Shown here: positions 25,515-39,700 of the stretch, one piece after another
How positions within the stretch are numbered: the first letter of the stretch is position 1
Layout: every line of letters starts with the position of its first letter
From: Azolla caroliniana
Taxonomy: Eukaryota; Plantae; Polypodiophyta
Length of the DNA: 64,000 nucleotides
Assembly (NCBI GenBank): GCA_043228905.1
Contig: JBHGNT010000001.1
Coordinates: 32,054,001 to 32,118,000, forward strand
Reading direction: 5' to 3'
Notes under the pieces: generated by a model
Database searches by the model: none
What the model saw: only the letters and a program-made list of their open reading frames with translations
Told to the model about the DNA's origin: nothing
Made by a program: the position numbers and the translations under genes

Positions 25515-27068
25515 ACTAGAACCAAATGTATGAAAGTCCTACATGTTCATGGTTCTTTAGGTCTACATAGACCACTACAAAATAGAATTGCACATTACCA
25601 CATTGAATTCAATTACTTGTTCAAAAATGTCTCTTGCTAATTCAATAAGACCAACTCTTACCAAATAAACATTATATCCAAGTGTCCCAATTTGGTTGAC
25701 CTACGCCTTTGTGGATTACCGATATCAAGATCCACATCATGAGAAGATTTGTCCATATGTGTTCTTTCGTTATGCGAGGAGGAACCACTAGCATAGCCTT
25801 CATTTTGGTCTCCAAAGCTATTTCATTTTAATCGTGAGATTGTTCAAAGAAAATGAAATGTTTATTATTAGAAATTAACAGAATCAATTGTGTATCGGGC
25901 ATTTTGTTCTCCTTTTCTGCATCAAATTATAAATTATGAGATTTTGAGTATGTTTTCATGTCAGTGGGACAATGCATTTAGAACTCTTTGTGTTTCAATT
26001 GTTGTACTATAGTCTTTGAAAGACTTGGTATTTTGCAGGTTTGGAGAAGAAGCATCATTAATGCCACATTATCATTTGGGTTGGAGGTTGTCAATTTAGT
26101 TGAATTATCATTTGCAAAAACTCTTAACTTCAAGTGATAAATGATTGGGCGACAACCATTGTTACATTAATGAAAGGTCAGTCAACCTCAAATTGATGAG
26201 GAGCACTTGAAAACATATTGCAATAAGATAATCTTCATTAGCTTTGGAAGGCATTCTTTGACCGTCTTAGCCATTAGAACTACGAGTTCCACGAGAGATT
26301 ACCTATTTTGTTGTTTCAAATTAAGGCCTTCATCCATGGTGATACATATAATTTTGCACCCAAGAGTATCTTGGAGCAGAATGTAGGCGATATGCGATCA
26401 CACCAGAATTGTGAAAGCCTGACGCGGTAGAAAGCAACATCAGAGATTCACGACAAAGATTCTTTTTGCGTGGTGGCATCTTCCCCTCTCATAGGCTTCT
26501 CCACACCGGACAATTCTTTGCAAACGACAACAAAGAGCCTTTTTTTACCTACATCTAGAATGGTCGAGTCATGGGACGATGAGACAATGCATGGAAGGAA
26601 GGACCAAAACTTTAATCAAGTGGGTAGGAGGTTCATGACGTGGGAAAAGAAGTGGAGACGATAAGTGAATGAAGAGGTGGTGTCGATTTAGAGAAGGGGT
26701 GGAGGAGGGAGACATTGCTATTCTAACTTCTATAAAAGTAGTTCCCCCATTAGAAGAACTTAAACCCCTGTTCTCCGAGTCTCCACTCCCCTGCTCCCCC
26801 CCCCTTCCTCTCCTCCTCTTTCTCTCCCATAACTCTGTCACATCATCGCGATGCCCTGTAAAGGTCTTGAACCTTTGATGTAACCTCCTCCATTATGTTT
26901 ATTACTCCCCCATGATGTTCTTGCTTCAAGGTCGCAATCGACGACGGCACCGCTTGCTTGTATGTAGCTCACATACATGTATCTCGATCCTTATCACTCC
27001 AAAATGGTACTGTTTCAGGGACGACATTTGAATGGGCAAACACTCATACGCGCATACAAACATGAATC

Positions 27069-28985
27069 ATGAAGTCCAGTGATACAGTACTTTCTGCTTC
27101 TCAACAGGATCACCAATGTTATCTATGCCATCCTCATGCCTTGAATGCAAACACAAATATCGCAAAAGCTTGTCTTATCAAGTCCGAATTAGACACGACA
27201 AGCACTGCTACACATGTTGGGCTCATCGACGTTGTTAATGCACATGCTATCATCGATGAAGACAATGTACATGTTAAGGAAGAAGGAGAAGAAGAAAAAA
27301 AAGAGATTGCATATTATGTTGGTCACATGCCTACAACGATGTTCAAGGAGGTCATGATGCCATCTCCACCTTTCTCAATCAGGTATGTTATGAGTAATCC
27401 TCCTACCTACTACTTCTGTCTATATTCCAAATTGTGAAAAAGAGAGTTTTTACTTGCATATTTTGTTCAAGTCCCCCATGTTTTTATTTTCATTAACTTG
27501 TCTAGGGTTGGGATTTCTTTGTACTTTTTCTGTTATCGAGTTACAGAAGAATGTTTTAATGATATTTGATTCACATTCAGTGAAGAGAGATATACAATAA
27601 CTCACAGCCCCGTTTAAGAAAAGAGAAGAAAAGAATGTGTAGTAAGAGGGATGATGAAATTATAAAAATCTTGGAGATTATAGTAAAAGCTCACTGCCCT
27701 ATTTAAATGAAATGGCAGGCATTTTGTTTCAAGTGTTCGTCGCAAAGATTTCCTGAAATGCTGGCCATTCTCCAAGAGAATCTTGGAGCAATGCTTGATG
27801 CATGGTATGAAGTTGGATCTACCACCCTTCAATGAACCCCCTGGTCCACCTAACAACATCAAAGACGATGACAATAAAAATAACATCAACAACTACTCTA
27901 ACTCCAATGACAAGAAAAACACCAGCAATGACATCCTTATTAACAAGGATAATAATAACAATAACAACATCGACAGACATCTCTCAAATGCGAATTTTGG
28001 TATTCAAACTTCATGTTCTGGAGATACTAAAGTACAATCTGAAAGTATGAAAGAGAATTTAATGTTGTTAACTCCAAGTTTAGCCTCAACCCATCATGAA
28101 TCTTATTTTGAGAAGATTGATCATGGATTGCCAAAGATGTTCTCACGTGATTTTCAAGCCTCACATGATTTCCTGAAAAAGGAATCAGAAGAAATAGAAA
28201 GCACACATTATTCCCGTTGTTTTGATGGGGATGCAAATTATGTCAATAATCCACTGATAGTGGAGCTGACAACAGAGTACATGGAAAGTAATCAACCAAC
28301 TAGTGTGCAGACAACTTCTAAAATTTCAACCTTTAATGCATCAAAGGATCTTGTTGGATTAGCAAACACCTTTAATGCATTAAAACCTTCACACTCTGAA
28401 AGTGGCCCCATAGAAGATTTAGTCCTTGAAAATAGCTCCATTCTGGATATAAATATAAACGATAATGTAATGCATGAACATCTGAAAAATCAAAGTGATA
28501 TTTTTCGGTTCACAATTAATAGGTCTTCAACAACTGCTTCATTTAATGATATGAATGAAACAAGTCTAGAAAATCCTATTTCTTCAAATGCATCAATACG
28601 TCAGGTTTTAGCTGAGCAAAATATCGCATATCAAAATGTAAATATTGAAGAAATTAGTGGGGATCTAAGCATCACTGTTGGGAACAGTTTCACACCATGC
28701 GAGTCTTTGTTAGGACATCCTATAAGGAAAGGCGAAGAAGGCAAAAATATGCAGATAATTCCATATCCTTCAGTGCTACAAGTTAATTGTCCAGTTTGTT
28801 CAAAGTTTTCCACTACTTCAAATACCGCGTTGAATGCACACATGGATCATTGTTTGATGACCGATCGAACCCAACAATTCAGCTCGCCCAAAAGGAGAAT
28901 GAGGGTAAAGAAAATGCGCTTCATGGTGGATATATATGCTGTTGCACCTGCTTGTAATACTCCTGAAGAATTAAAGTCTCCATGA
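27069..28985 (+). CDS. HAP8: HAPLESS8/At5g56240-like protein (EMF1-like N-terminal motif, UBZ-type zinc finger); apparently C-terminally truncated
   Basis: Exons 27069-27382 and 27719-28985 splice to FSIRHFVSSVRRKDFLKCWPFSKRILEQCLMHGMKLDLPPF; later CPVCSKFSTTSNTALNAHMDHCL and KKMRFMVDIYAVAPAC. The start codon is uncertain. Confidence 0.72.
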
Positions 28986-30141
28986 ATGGGATACTTCGTT
29001 GAAATGCATGATTGGGAACGGAAGATTTGAACTTCAGTCATTTACTTCATCATTTTAACAAACATAGCAATAAGCTCAAGGGAGAAGATTTCTAGAACCA
29101 ATTTCAGTTCGTCTTCATATAATCAATTTAGAGAGGAGGCAGGATGCAATTTGATAACGAGGTATTATTTTTCCCCTTTTTCTCCAATCTTAATTTCCAA
29201 CTTTGAAAGTCTTTCTAAAGTGGGCAAAATACATTTCCCCTGTTTCTTAGCATTTTTCGCAGTTTAAAAATAGATGCTAAATGTGAAGTAGTTGTGGTAC
29301 ATGGTAGAAGATTATGCTGAGGTGAGCCGCTTGTTTCCATAAGTTCACTTTCTTCATGGAGTCGACCCATTTTCCCTTGACCCTGTGTGATATAGCCTTA
29401 TTGTTTGTGATTTTTGCCCCTTTCTACATATTTGCGTCAGGTGACAAACTTTATGGTGAATCCTGATGGTAGTGATCTTCTATCTCTTTTGCATGAGGTT
29501 CGTCTAATAGTGCAACTTTTACTCAGTACTTATGATATATCTATGCCTTACCATTACAACAATAGAAACCAGAAGTAATACTGCCAAGACAAATAATGTT
29601 TGAATTAGGGACCAAAAGCTTTTACTCTTAACCATTATGCTATTACAATATTTATTATGTATGTAGTAAAAGTAGTCTATTTTGCTGACTGACTGCTCTA
29701 CCTTGCTTTGACTGGTTCTTGCTGCTGTATTTCCTCTACTTTTTACTCTCTTAATGCCAGTTTTTGGGTATCTGTTTGTAGATCGATGAAATTTCTTTTC
29801 ATTCTTGTCATTTTCATAGATTAATGACCAAGACTGGATAGTTGTAATATTGTGGCAGAGGCAAAGGGAGGGAATTGGAATCAAGGAAACGAAACATTAT
29901 GAACAAGGTCACCATTTGTGCCAGATTGTCTCAAACAAAACAGGCTACATAAAGTCTTGGATTCAAAAATTTATCATGCTTGTGTCATCAGGCAACATCA
30001 TCCCATTTTTATGATCGATGATTGTAGGCATTCCTTTCTGACCTTTCTCTTTCTTATTTTGTTTTAAGGATTTAATGACAGATGACTTGAAGCTATTTGA
30101 ACAATGGAAATTAATTTCCTTTCAAACCCTGTTCAATACTT

Positions 30142-30460
30142 CTATTGTTGTAACCATTCTCCTTTCTTATTCTTATTTCTCATCCACTGTGATTCTTTGG
30201 AACAGTATGTTCAGAAGACATGGTATTTGAATATTGCAAACATAGTATCATAAATATGACTATTGTTGTAATCATTCTCCTTTCTCATTCTTATTTTTCA
30301 CAAGACTATGATTCATTGGAACATTATGTCTAAGAGCATTTTCCGTAGAAAATGTTCCAAACATAGTATCATCAGTAGGACTATTGTTGTAATGATTCTC
30401 TGTTTGTATTCTTATTTCCCAAATGACTATGATTCTTTGTAACATTATGTTTAGACGCAT
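30142..30460. repeat. Diverged tandem repeat, about 119 bp x2.7
   Basis: CTATTGTTGTAA.CATTCTC...TTCTTATTT...GATTC.TTGGAACA.TATG recurs at about 30142, 30260 and 30381. Confidence 0.8.
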
Positions 30461-32261
30461 GCTGTACTTTATCACAAACGTAGTCAGTATTCACAATGCT
30501 CTGTGTCTTAATGCAATTCTAACTAACCAGAGTGTAATAAAAACAAACGACAACTTGGGCCTACTTTTTGCACCGCACATTTACATGTACATTAAAATGG
30601 AGTAACACTGCCAAGAATAAGACCTCTTAAATAGTTCGTAAGGGTTAGTGATCACTAATACACTGGTTATGAACGAAAACTAGGAAGTTAATTCGATATA
30701 CTTTCAAGAAAGATTTGCACACACCCTCACTTCCGACATCATTGAATACCAACTTTTTGTATTCATCATACAAAATGCACAAAAATGAAAGAGAACTGTA
30801 GCGTGATCAGTGTATAGCGTTTCTCACATCAATGTTGTCAGTGACAGAGCATGGGAAAATTACCTAGAAAGTATATAAACAGATTAAAGATCTAGCATTC
30901 AAACAGATTGCAACCTTGGCACTCCCTTGTGTAATGAATCTATACCAATATTGCTCCATGAATACAGTCATTACTTTTAGGTGCAATATCATCGAATTAA
31001 TTATATTCTTTGAATTTTTGTGGGCCTGGTCAGGGTTGCATCCGGAAATCTGTTATTGTCATTGGCTGAAATAACGGCCATTACACAACATTTTTATTTA
31101 ATGATTCCGGTGACCCATCATTTGGCATCAATAATCTTATTTAGCAAGAGAATGTCATCTTACCACGATATTGGTGGCTCATCTATTGCATTTCCTTGAA
31201 ATATCATACAAGAATAACATGAACAGATCAAAATAGGTCAGGATTGAAAGCTGAAATACTGTCGTATGGTTGGAAAAGATTGAAGTAAAGAATCTGTAAC
31301 AATATAAAAAGGATCTAAATTGCTTTAATATTGAAAGCTGAAGTGAAGTGAAAGTTTGGACCTGCATTTTCAGAAAAGCTGAAGGAAAAAGCTGTTAAAA
31401 GGGATGGATAATTCTAGAGAATAGATAACCTTTGGCATGCTATGATGAAAAAATAAACACTTTATGAAAATTTGAGGTATGTTTTGTCTGTAGATAAAGC
31501 AAAAATTGTGTTATAACTCATAGGAAAGATAAACTATATTGTTTAGGGATTATAGATATTATCACATTGCCCATGTATATGTCCATTTGAATGGTCAATG
31601 ACCACATCTAGAAGTCCTCATCAACGATACATTCATTACCATGCATAACTAACTGCTATGTAATGATTGATAGTGAAAGCATGGGAATGGGAACAATTAG
31701 TTGTGTCCTTGACTTAACTAATTAGCTATGCAAAAAGCTACATGTAATTTGCATAATTTGGCAATTTTAGGGATTATTAAAATGTGCTCTCAAATAAAGA
31801 CCAGCTAAATTGTGGACCATAAATGGTAATATTTCCATCCCCATAATAAATGATATGTATCTTTAAGATTTTCCCACTAAAAATTAGCTATCAAAAAAAC
31901 TACTTAGCTATGGTCATTTTAGCTACATGTTAGCTATAATAGTGTTTACAAATTGCCTGAGTGTGGGTTTGCAAAAAAAAACCCAGAAGAATTATAAGAA
32001 ACTTGCAGTGGAATATAAATGTAGTATATAACCAATAATTATAAGCTAGTTACAAACTCTGATTATGATTTGGTTTGTACCATCATATGGACTTTTCCCA
32101 ATAGGTCATGTTTAGTTGTTTTCCTTTGTATCTTCGTTTCATTTGGTTTTGTCTCCATAAATAAGTTGGTGTCTATTGCCTCTATCCCCAAGATAAAAAT
32201 AAAAATAAAAATAAAAATATTCTTATGCCTTCACAATTTGTGCAAACATGTAGGATGTTTT

Positions 32262-33337
32262 CTTAAACAAGGCTTTGGCCACTATGCAAGGTAATGGAAT
32301 ATAAGGACAACGGTGCCTCTGTCTTATCTTGCTAGAACTCAAGAACTTAGGACATAACAAAGGGGTTACAATAGATTGGGCGATAGCAATTTGTTGTGCA
32401 TGTAGGCCCCTGTCCCATGGACCACAATCTCACCACCCTTGTCATCGACAGATAAAAACCATTATCTCCCGCCATTGCAGGTGCTTCCCTTTGTTTGGAG
32501 ACCTCTCCATTTTGGATCGACCTATGCATGACCTCGTTTATTGCTCCAAGGATCACAAAAAAAAAGTGAAAACATGAAAAAGAAGAAGAAGTATGCTATG
32601 ATACCAATTATTAAAGTCTAAGTAATTAATTAAGCAAAACATAAGGAATTATAGACCAAAGAAATGAAAGAGGGGTGTCAAACCACCCGACCACCCTTAG
32701 CAACGACATGAGACGAACCTATGCGTCCTCAATGCACCATACCATCGAGGGTTTATATAAGTCATACCTTGGGTTTTGCGAGGAACTTATGTGCTTAGCT
32801 AACAAGAGCCATAGCCAAACAATCATAGTCTTCTCAACATAAGTCAAGCCTATGATAAGAAAGTAGCTAGCCTCCTTATATAGGTAGAAACTCAGGCTTT
32901 AGTGTGTTTACACTTGACTGCTTTATTTGAAGTGGTGAAGTGATAACACACTTAATATTTATCCCACGCCGTGGAATTGAATATTACAATTCGTTCCCTC
33001 GTTCTTTTCAACATTAACCCACATGCACTCATCATAAGATTAGAGAAAACTATGGAAAACCTATCTCATGATCAATTATGGTTATACACGTAACACTATG
33101 CTAAAGACCTTTCGAAGACAAAAGTTACAATATATCTGACTTGAGAATCTTACATGTGCGGATAACAAGATTCTTTAGTCTCTTTTATCTTATTTACTTT
33201 TATGTCTACTTAGTAACATTTATTTTATTTTGATATTTTGTTCTCAAAGACGAGACAACACTTACAATGTAATCTATTGTTTCGTGTTATAGGCCATTTT
33301 AGCCTCTTAAAAGACGTTAATATTTCTTTCTTTCTTT
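32262..33337 (+). mobile_element. Copy of the (TTTC)n-tailed retroposon-like repeat, interrupted by an LTR fragment
   Basis: Homologous to 34160-34790 on both sides of the insert 32527-33095, which is flanked by a CTATG duplication. Confidence 0.7.
32596..33095 (-). mobile_element. LTR with adjacent primer-binding site; same family as 51124-51574
   Basis: Reverse-complement homology to 51124-51574; CTATGATACCA (PBS TGGTATCATAG on the minus strand) adjoins it. Confidence 0.75.
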
Positions 33338-34175
33338 AGTTGTTGGCTTGGTGATTTTTCGTAGCATCAAAGTCATAATTTGAGAGAACCTAAGTTTGAT
33401 TTTCACCATGGGATATACCTTACCCGTAGATCGTAATTGATCTTCTTGGACTTTTAAAAGATCTCTCACTTTCACTTCTTTCATTGAGATTCCTCTCAAT
33501 TTTTGTTTCTGCATACCAAGAAGTGAGCTTTGAATGATAAAGACTGGAAGGTGATTGATAAGACTACCTACTACTTGAATGAGCTAGACATGACCAAGAT
33601 ATAGACACCAATTGCAGGAAAAGGAATAAAGATTTTCAAGAGAAGAGAAGAAATTGAACTAGATTTCACCATGGGTGTGCAAGTTCAGAGGGGATGGGTG
33701 TCAAGAAGCAATTGGTTCACAATATAGAAACATATTCAAATATTACATCTTGTGACATTTGTGAAGCTCGAACCTATAACCTTGAACATCAAGTATAGGG
33801 TATAAACCATTAAGATAAACTGTTCTACATAATTGTATTTTTATCATTTAATACTTATGTCTTATATCTATTTTTATACATGGGAATGTAGATGAGTAGG
33901 ATGGCTATCATGCATCACATGTAGCGCATGTGTGCCAAATGTCGATCATAAATCACATGCACCCTCACATACACCATATGCATGTGAGCACCTATTTAAA
34001 GAGAGGGAAGTGAAGCATGTAGGCATTGCTCAACTAATCAATCAATCAAACGATAAATCAAGATAGCTCATCTGCAAAGTGTCTCACCATCCAAAATTGC
34101 AGTCAGTCAAGTGTTGGGGCTGAAGTTTGGCAGAGATATAGGGAGATACAATTGCCTCTTTAAACAAGGCTTTGG

Positions 34176-35775
34176 CATGCTACGCAAGGTAATGGAATAT
34201 GAGGACCAACAATGCCTAGGATTTTTCTTGCTAGAACTCAAGAGACATAGGGAAAAGTTGTTGAAAGACAATAATATAGCCACACAAGCTCATCCACATA
34301 GAACAATCACAACTTTCTTTAGCCCCATCGCCCCTACTAATGCTACAAGTCAATCAAGGGATACACAAATGGGCTCCCGACCATGACATAACAAAGTGGT
34401 TACAACAGATCGGACAATAGCAATTTGTTGTGCACGTAGGTCTCGACCCCATGGACCACGACCTCAACACCCTTGTCATTGATAGACAAAGGCAATGTTT
34501 TGCCATGGCAGGTGCTTCCATCGCTTTGGAGACCTCTCCATTTTGGATCAACCTATGCAAGAGATCTTTTGAAGACAAAAGTTACAATATATCTAACTTG
34601 AGAATCTCACATGTAGCGAAAACCAGATTCCCTTGTCTCTTGTTATCTTATTTACTATTATATTTACTAACTAATATTTATTTTATTTTGATTTATTGCT
34701 CTCAAAGACGAGACAACACTTAAGATTAATCTCTTGTTTGGTCTTATAGGCCATTTTTGACATCTTAAAAGACGTTAATATTTCTTTCTAGAATAAGAAT
34801 TTAATTGAGTGCCATATCCTTGGTCACTTCGGTAGATTAGCCTACTACGTAGTTTTGCGGACAAAGGTTGTAGTATGTGGCAATTACTACAAACTACTAC
34901 AATAATGTAATCTTTTGTGATGGGAGGATAAACTCTCCCAATGAGCCCATTTCACCATTTGATGCCATGCTGTCATGCTACGCAAGGTAATGGAATATGA
35001 GGACCAACAATGCCTAGGATATTTCTTGCTAGAACTCAAGAGACATAGGGAAAAGTTGTTGAAAGACAATAATATAGCCACACAAGCTCATCCACATAGA
35101 ACAATCACAACTTTCTTTAGCCCCATCGCCCCTACTAATGCTACAAGTCAATCAAGGGATACACAAATGGGCTCCCGACCATGACATAACAAAGTGGTTA
35201 CAACAGATCGGACAATAGCAATTTGTTGTGCACGTAGGTCTCGACCCCATGGACCACGACCTCAACACCCTTGTCATTGATAGACAAAGGCAATGTTTTG
35301 CCATGGCAGGTGCTTCCATCGCTTTGGAGACCTCTCCATTCTGGATCAACCTATGCAAGAGATCTTTTGAAGACAAAAGTTACAATATATCTAACTTGAG
35401 AATCTCACATGTAGCGAAAACCAGATTCCCTTGTCTCTTGTTATCTTATTTACTATTATATTTACTAACTAATATTTATTTTATTTTGATTTGTTGCTTT
35501 CAAAGACGAGACAACACTTAAGATTAATCTCTTGTTTGGTCTTATAGGCCATTTTTGACATCTTAAAAAACGTTAATATTTCTTTCTAGAATAAGAATTT
35601 AATTGAGTGCCATATCCTTGGTCACTTCGGTAGATTAGCCTACTACGTAGTTTTGCGGACAAAGGTTGTAGTATGTGGCAATTACTACAAACTACTACAA
35701 TAATGTAATCTTTTGTGATGGGAGGATAAACTCTCCCAATGAGCCCATTTCACCATTTGATGCCATGCTGTCATG
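34176..35775. repeat. Near-perfect 798-bp tandem duplication containing the retroposon-like repeat
   Basis: 34176-34973 and 34974-35771 differ at about five positions by eye; CATG microhomology at the junctions. Confidence 0.95.
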
Positions 35776-36588
35776 TCGAAGACCCAAATAAAAATTACCA
35801 TGCTATAAAGTCTCAATTGCAAGAAATGCTAGTTTTGCAATATCCAATCCCAAATTTGATTGGGATTACACCTTAGGTAGATTGGACATTTGAGGTCATA
35901 AAAGCCTTGCCGAAGTGAAAACAAATGATGTATATCATAAACTAATCGATTGGTATGCATTGATGGTAGAATGTGTTGGTAAAGAATGGGGAATTCCAAG
36001 GTCAAATAGGTGGTCACAAAAAGTGATACAAATGGGGTGACAATCTTATCTTCATTTCATAGCTAAGGTTTATTTGGAGGGTAATGGTGGGAAGATTACC
36101 TCTAGGAGATGTTTTACAAAGAGAAAATTGCTTTTGGAATGTGTTCGTTTTGCATTATTTTCAATTTATCAATTGTCCAATGCCAAGCTATTTGGAAATT
36201 TATATCTACAATGTGAACTTCTATCTATAAGCAGAGTTTCAAAATCCCCTCCTCAATGGGTTTTTAAACATGTATCGTGGACTTCTATAAGTGGAGTGTC
36301 AAAATCCCCCCCTCAACGGGTTTTTGGACACGTGGAGTTGAGAAGGCCTTCTCCACATTTTGGGGTATAGCATTTCAGTATCAAGGTATTGGGGATTATG
36401 ACTTAATTGGCATATGTGGATTGCCTTTAATTTAAGGCACCCCATTATGAGGATGAATTTAGATCAGCCGCTTGAGAAGCTACGGTGTGTTTGTCACACT
36501 GGCTAGAGGGCATATGTGGACTTGTGACCAACTTCTTTGTTCAAGGTGATCTTTTTGTGTTACGCAACTTCTTTAGGTACAAATCAAT

Positions 36589-36752
36589 ACAAAACGATTA
36601 GACAATGATGTTCTTCATTGATGATACAACCTAATTCGAGCTCTCTTTTTCTCTTGTTATTTTACATTTACAAAATGATTAGACAATGATGTTCTTCATT
36701 GATGATACAACCTAATTCTGAGCTCTCTTTTTCTCTTTGTGTTTTTACATTT
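36589..36752. repeat. Tandem duplication, about 81 bp x2
   Basis: ACAAAA.GATTAGACAATGATGTTCTTCATTGATGATACAACCTAATTC occurs twice. Confidence 0.85.
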
Positions 36753-39700
36753 TTATATAGTGCCCCTAAGTAAATGAGATGTAAAAAGGCCACATTAAAG
36801 GTTCCCTCACTCTATAAAAGTTGTCGAATGGGTGTTCCATGATTTAACAATGCCTAGGAATATACTCTAAGTGAGATAGGAGCGTGAAGAAGATTTATGA
36901 GACACGAAATGGCATGAGGACAATAATATATGAATGAACCATGTGATTTAATGGAAATATGGCGATTAAGTTATAAGAGAATCCATGAAAAAACGAACAA
37001 ATCATTAATTAAGAAGTTACATTTGGTTATTCTCTGCCTTCTTGGTAATTCCATTTTCCTTACACTTGCTGGGGAGAGGGGGTAGAGGCCATGTTCAATC
37101 CTGTAACAAGCATGAATAAAAGAGTGATTTGATGATTGTTGGTTGGAAGGGTAGAGGCTAACTCAAGGCTTGTAACAAACACAATTAAATATATGAAAAA
37201 GATTGATTTGGTGATGGAATTTAAAGTTGGATTTAACGCATGTAAGGTGACATAAATTATGTATGTACTCTCAAGTATTAGTATGGTTTTTCAACTAAAG
37301 CTTTGGAAAAATGATCCTTCATTAACAACATTTTCAAACTAAACAGTAAATACTATGTCTTAGTAAATTTCCTGGGTGTCAAGGAGAGTACAATAATAAA
37401 TTGATAGTAGCTTAAATGTAAGAAGTACAAGTTTTATGATAACAACCTGATTATACTAACTCAAGAATTAGAGCTGGATTCTAAATAAAAGCAGCTCATG
37501 ACCTCAGATTTATAGTAGAAAATCAATTATTATTATTATTTATCTTCTAAATGGAACCATCTAGAACATTGTGGAGACTTTCGACCTTCCAATTCTGAGA
37601 TTTATAGTAGAAAGATCAATATTCAAAAGAAATTTGATCTTCTCAAAAAATCTATCTGAAACATTGTGGAGACATCTAGATATCTCAAAAAATTTTATAT
37701 TCTTTTGCTCGATTCATCTAAAATATTCTAGGTTATTCAGTATGTTTTCTTTCTTCTTGTTTATAATAGATTTTGAAATTTTTGCTAACAATCATAATAT
37801 TTTTGAAACACCTAAGACTTTTAATTTCTAAAAAACTCAATGATATTACCATCTTGCCAAACATTATCTCCCATAATAGACTCTAATGGTGACATTTAGA
37901 GCATTTGGTCCGACTATGTGTTGCCCACTCTCACAATCAATATTACAAGCTGACCAGTCGCACACTAGAACCCGAGGCCATGACTATTTTGGACCACGAT
38001 CTTTTCATCAACAAATAAAGGCTATTATCACTTGAATTAAGGTGTTTCCCTTCCTTTGGAGATGTCTCAATCTAAGAGCAGTCCGTGTTCGAGATTTTTT
38101 GAAAGCAAAAGTTTCAATCTAAGTAAGATCCAAATCTTGAGTGCTTATACAAATCAAGATTCTTTAGTTACACCCTACATTTAGTTATATTGATTTCGTT
38201 TTGTTCTCAAAGACTAGAATTTTTTAAAGATGTGATCTCTTGTTCCTTTTTATAAGCTACATTTATCTCTGGTTCCTTGGAAAGACATTAATATAACTTT
38301 TTATTTAGCTACATTTATTTTGGTTTCTTGTTTCAAAAACTGAGGAACAGTTTAAAATGTTATTTCTTGTTTGGGCTTATGGGCTATTATGGACTATGTT
38401 AATATATCCTCCTTTCTCTAATTTCTTCTCTCGATGATGCCACATTCCATCTTAGAGAGACCATTTGGATTTCTTAGGTCCCCAGCTAGAAGAGTTGATT
38501 TCATGTTTATTTGCCTTTTTTTTAGCTAGTATCCCATGATTGGAGCGGGTGATGTGCTTCCACATCCTACCTTATGGACTCTCATCATAAGACAACTCTC
38601 AAAATGACGTGGTTGGCTTGATCCATGCTAGCGACATATTTATGGACTCTCATAAGAGCCTTTTTTGCTAGATCATAATGTCGTTGGTTTGACCCATGTA
38701 ATGTCATGGGAATGTTTTTTTGTTCTTCCTCAAACCTCCACTCCATCTAGCAAGACTTCAGCTATGGACACATTAAAATATTCGATCTGTATTTTGAGAT
38801 TACATTACCGTTCAACAATATTATAGGTTGCCCATCAACATAGAGCAAGAGGGTACGAGACATATGATAGAGATGATATATTAATGTCCTAATCATACAA
38901 AGGACTCCTGCCAGCCATGTAAATGGGGGGTTTGTTTCTTAAATTTACCATTTGGATCTTCAATGAGTTTGGTTGTGTGGTCAATTGCTGGATCTCCTCA
39001 AAACTATGCTTGACGTCCTCATACGTGAGGCATTCCAAAGTGATATGTGATCCTAACCTATGTCACATATTCTTCTCCATCACTCAATATTCAGCTAACT
39101 CCTATTTCAAATGGGCATATCTATGCACATTAGTGTGATGGCACAACATGGGTGGCCAGATTTGCGTCCAATTGCTCTAAGGAATTTTCATCCCAAGAAT
39201 ATAGTGCTTATGCAGTTGTGGTTCAATGGTAATTGAGCCGTGCAAGGTAGATGAGAAGTGCTCAGTTAGTATTGTAATTTAACACAAGAGACCTCTTTTA
39301 TATTCTTTGGCCAAGTGGACTGCGTGCAAAGATAACAAAGATTCTTGTTTTTAGAAAGAATATGTGCATGTTGAGAGAACAGAAATATCATTGTTACAGT
39401 TAAATGCAAGACACCTCATTTATACTCTTTGGCCAAGTGAAATTCCATGCAAGGAATGAGTAAGATTCTTAGATTTAGAAATGGATTATGCATGTTGAGA
39501 AAAATACAAAGAAATGAGTTTAGAGCTAGACTACTATTAAAATATAAAGGATATTCTTAGTGGAAGTTAAAAAGAGCATTATTTCGAAATATAATCAACA
39601 GGATGGTGGAAAGTTCTGCTCACAATGGTTGTTTGTATACTTTGTTGACTTGCCTTTTGTAGATTCATATCTAGGAGTCCTGATTTGCATGAAATCCACT

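Noticed and set aside
26470-27010. GC-richer, coding-like stretch
   Set aside because: Stops in the frames examined and no recognisable motif
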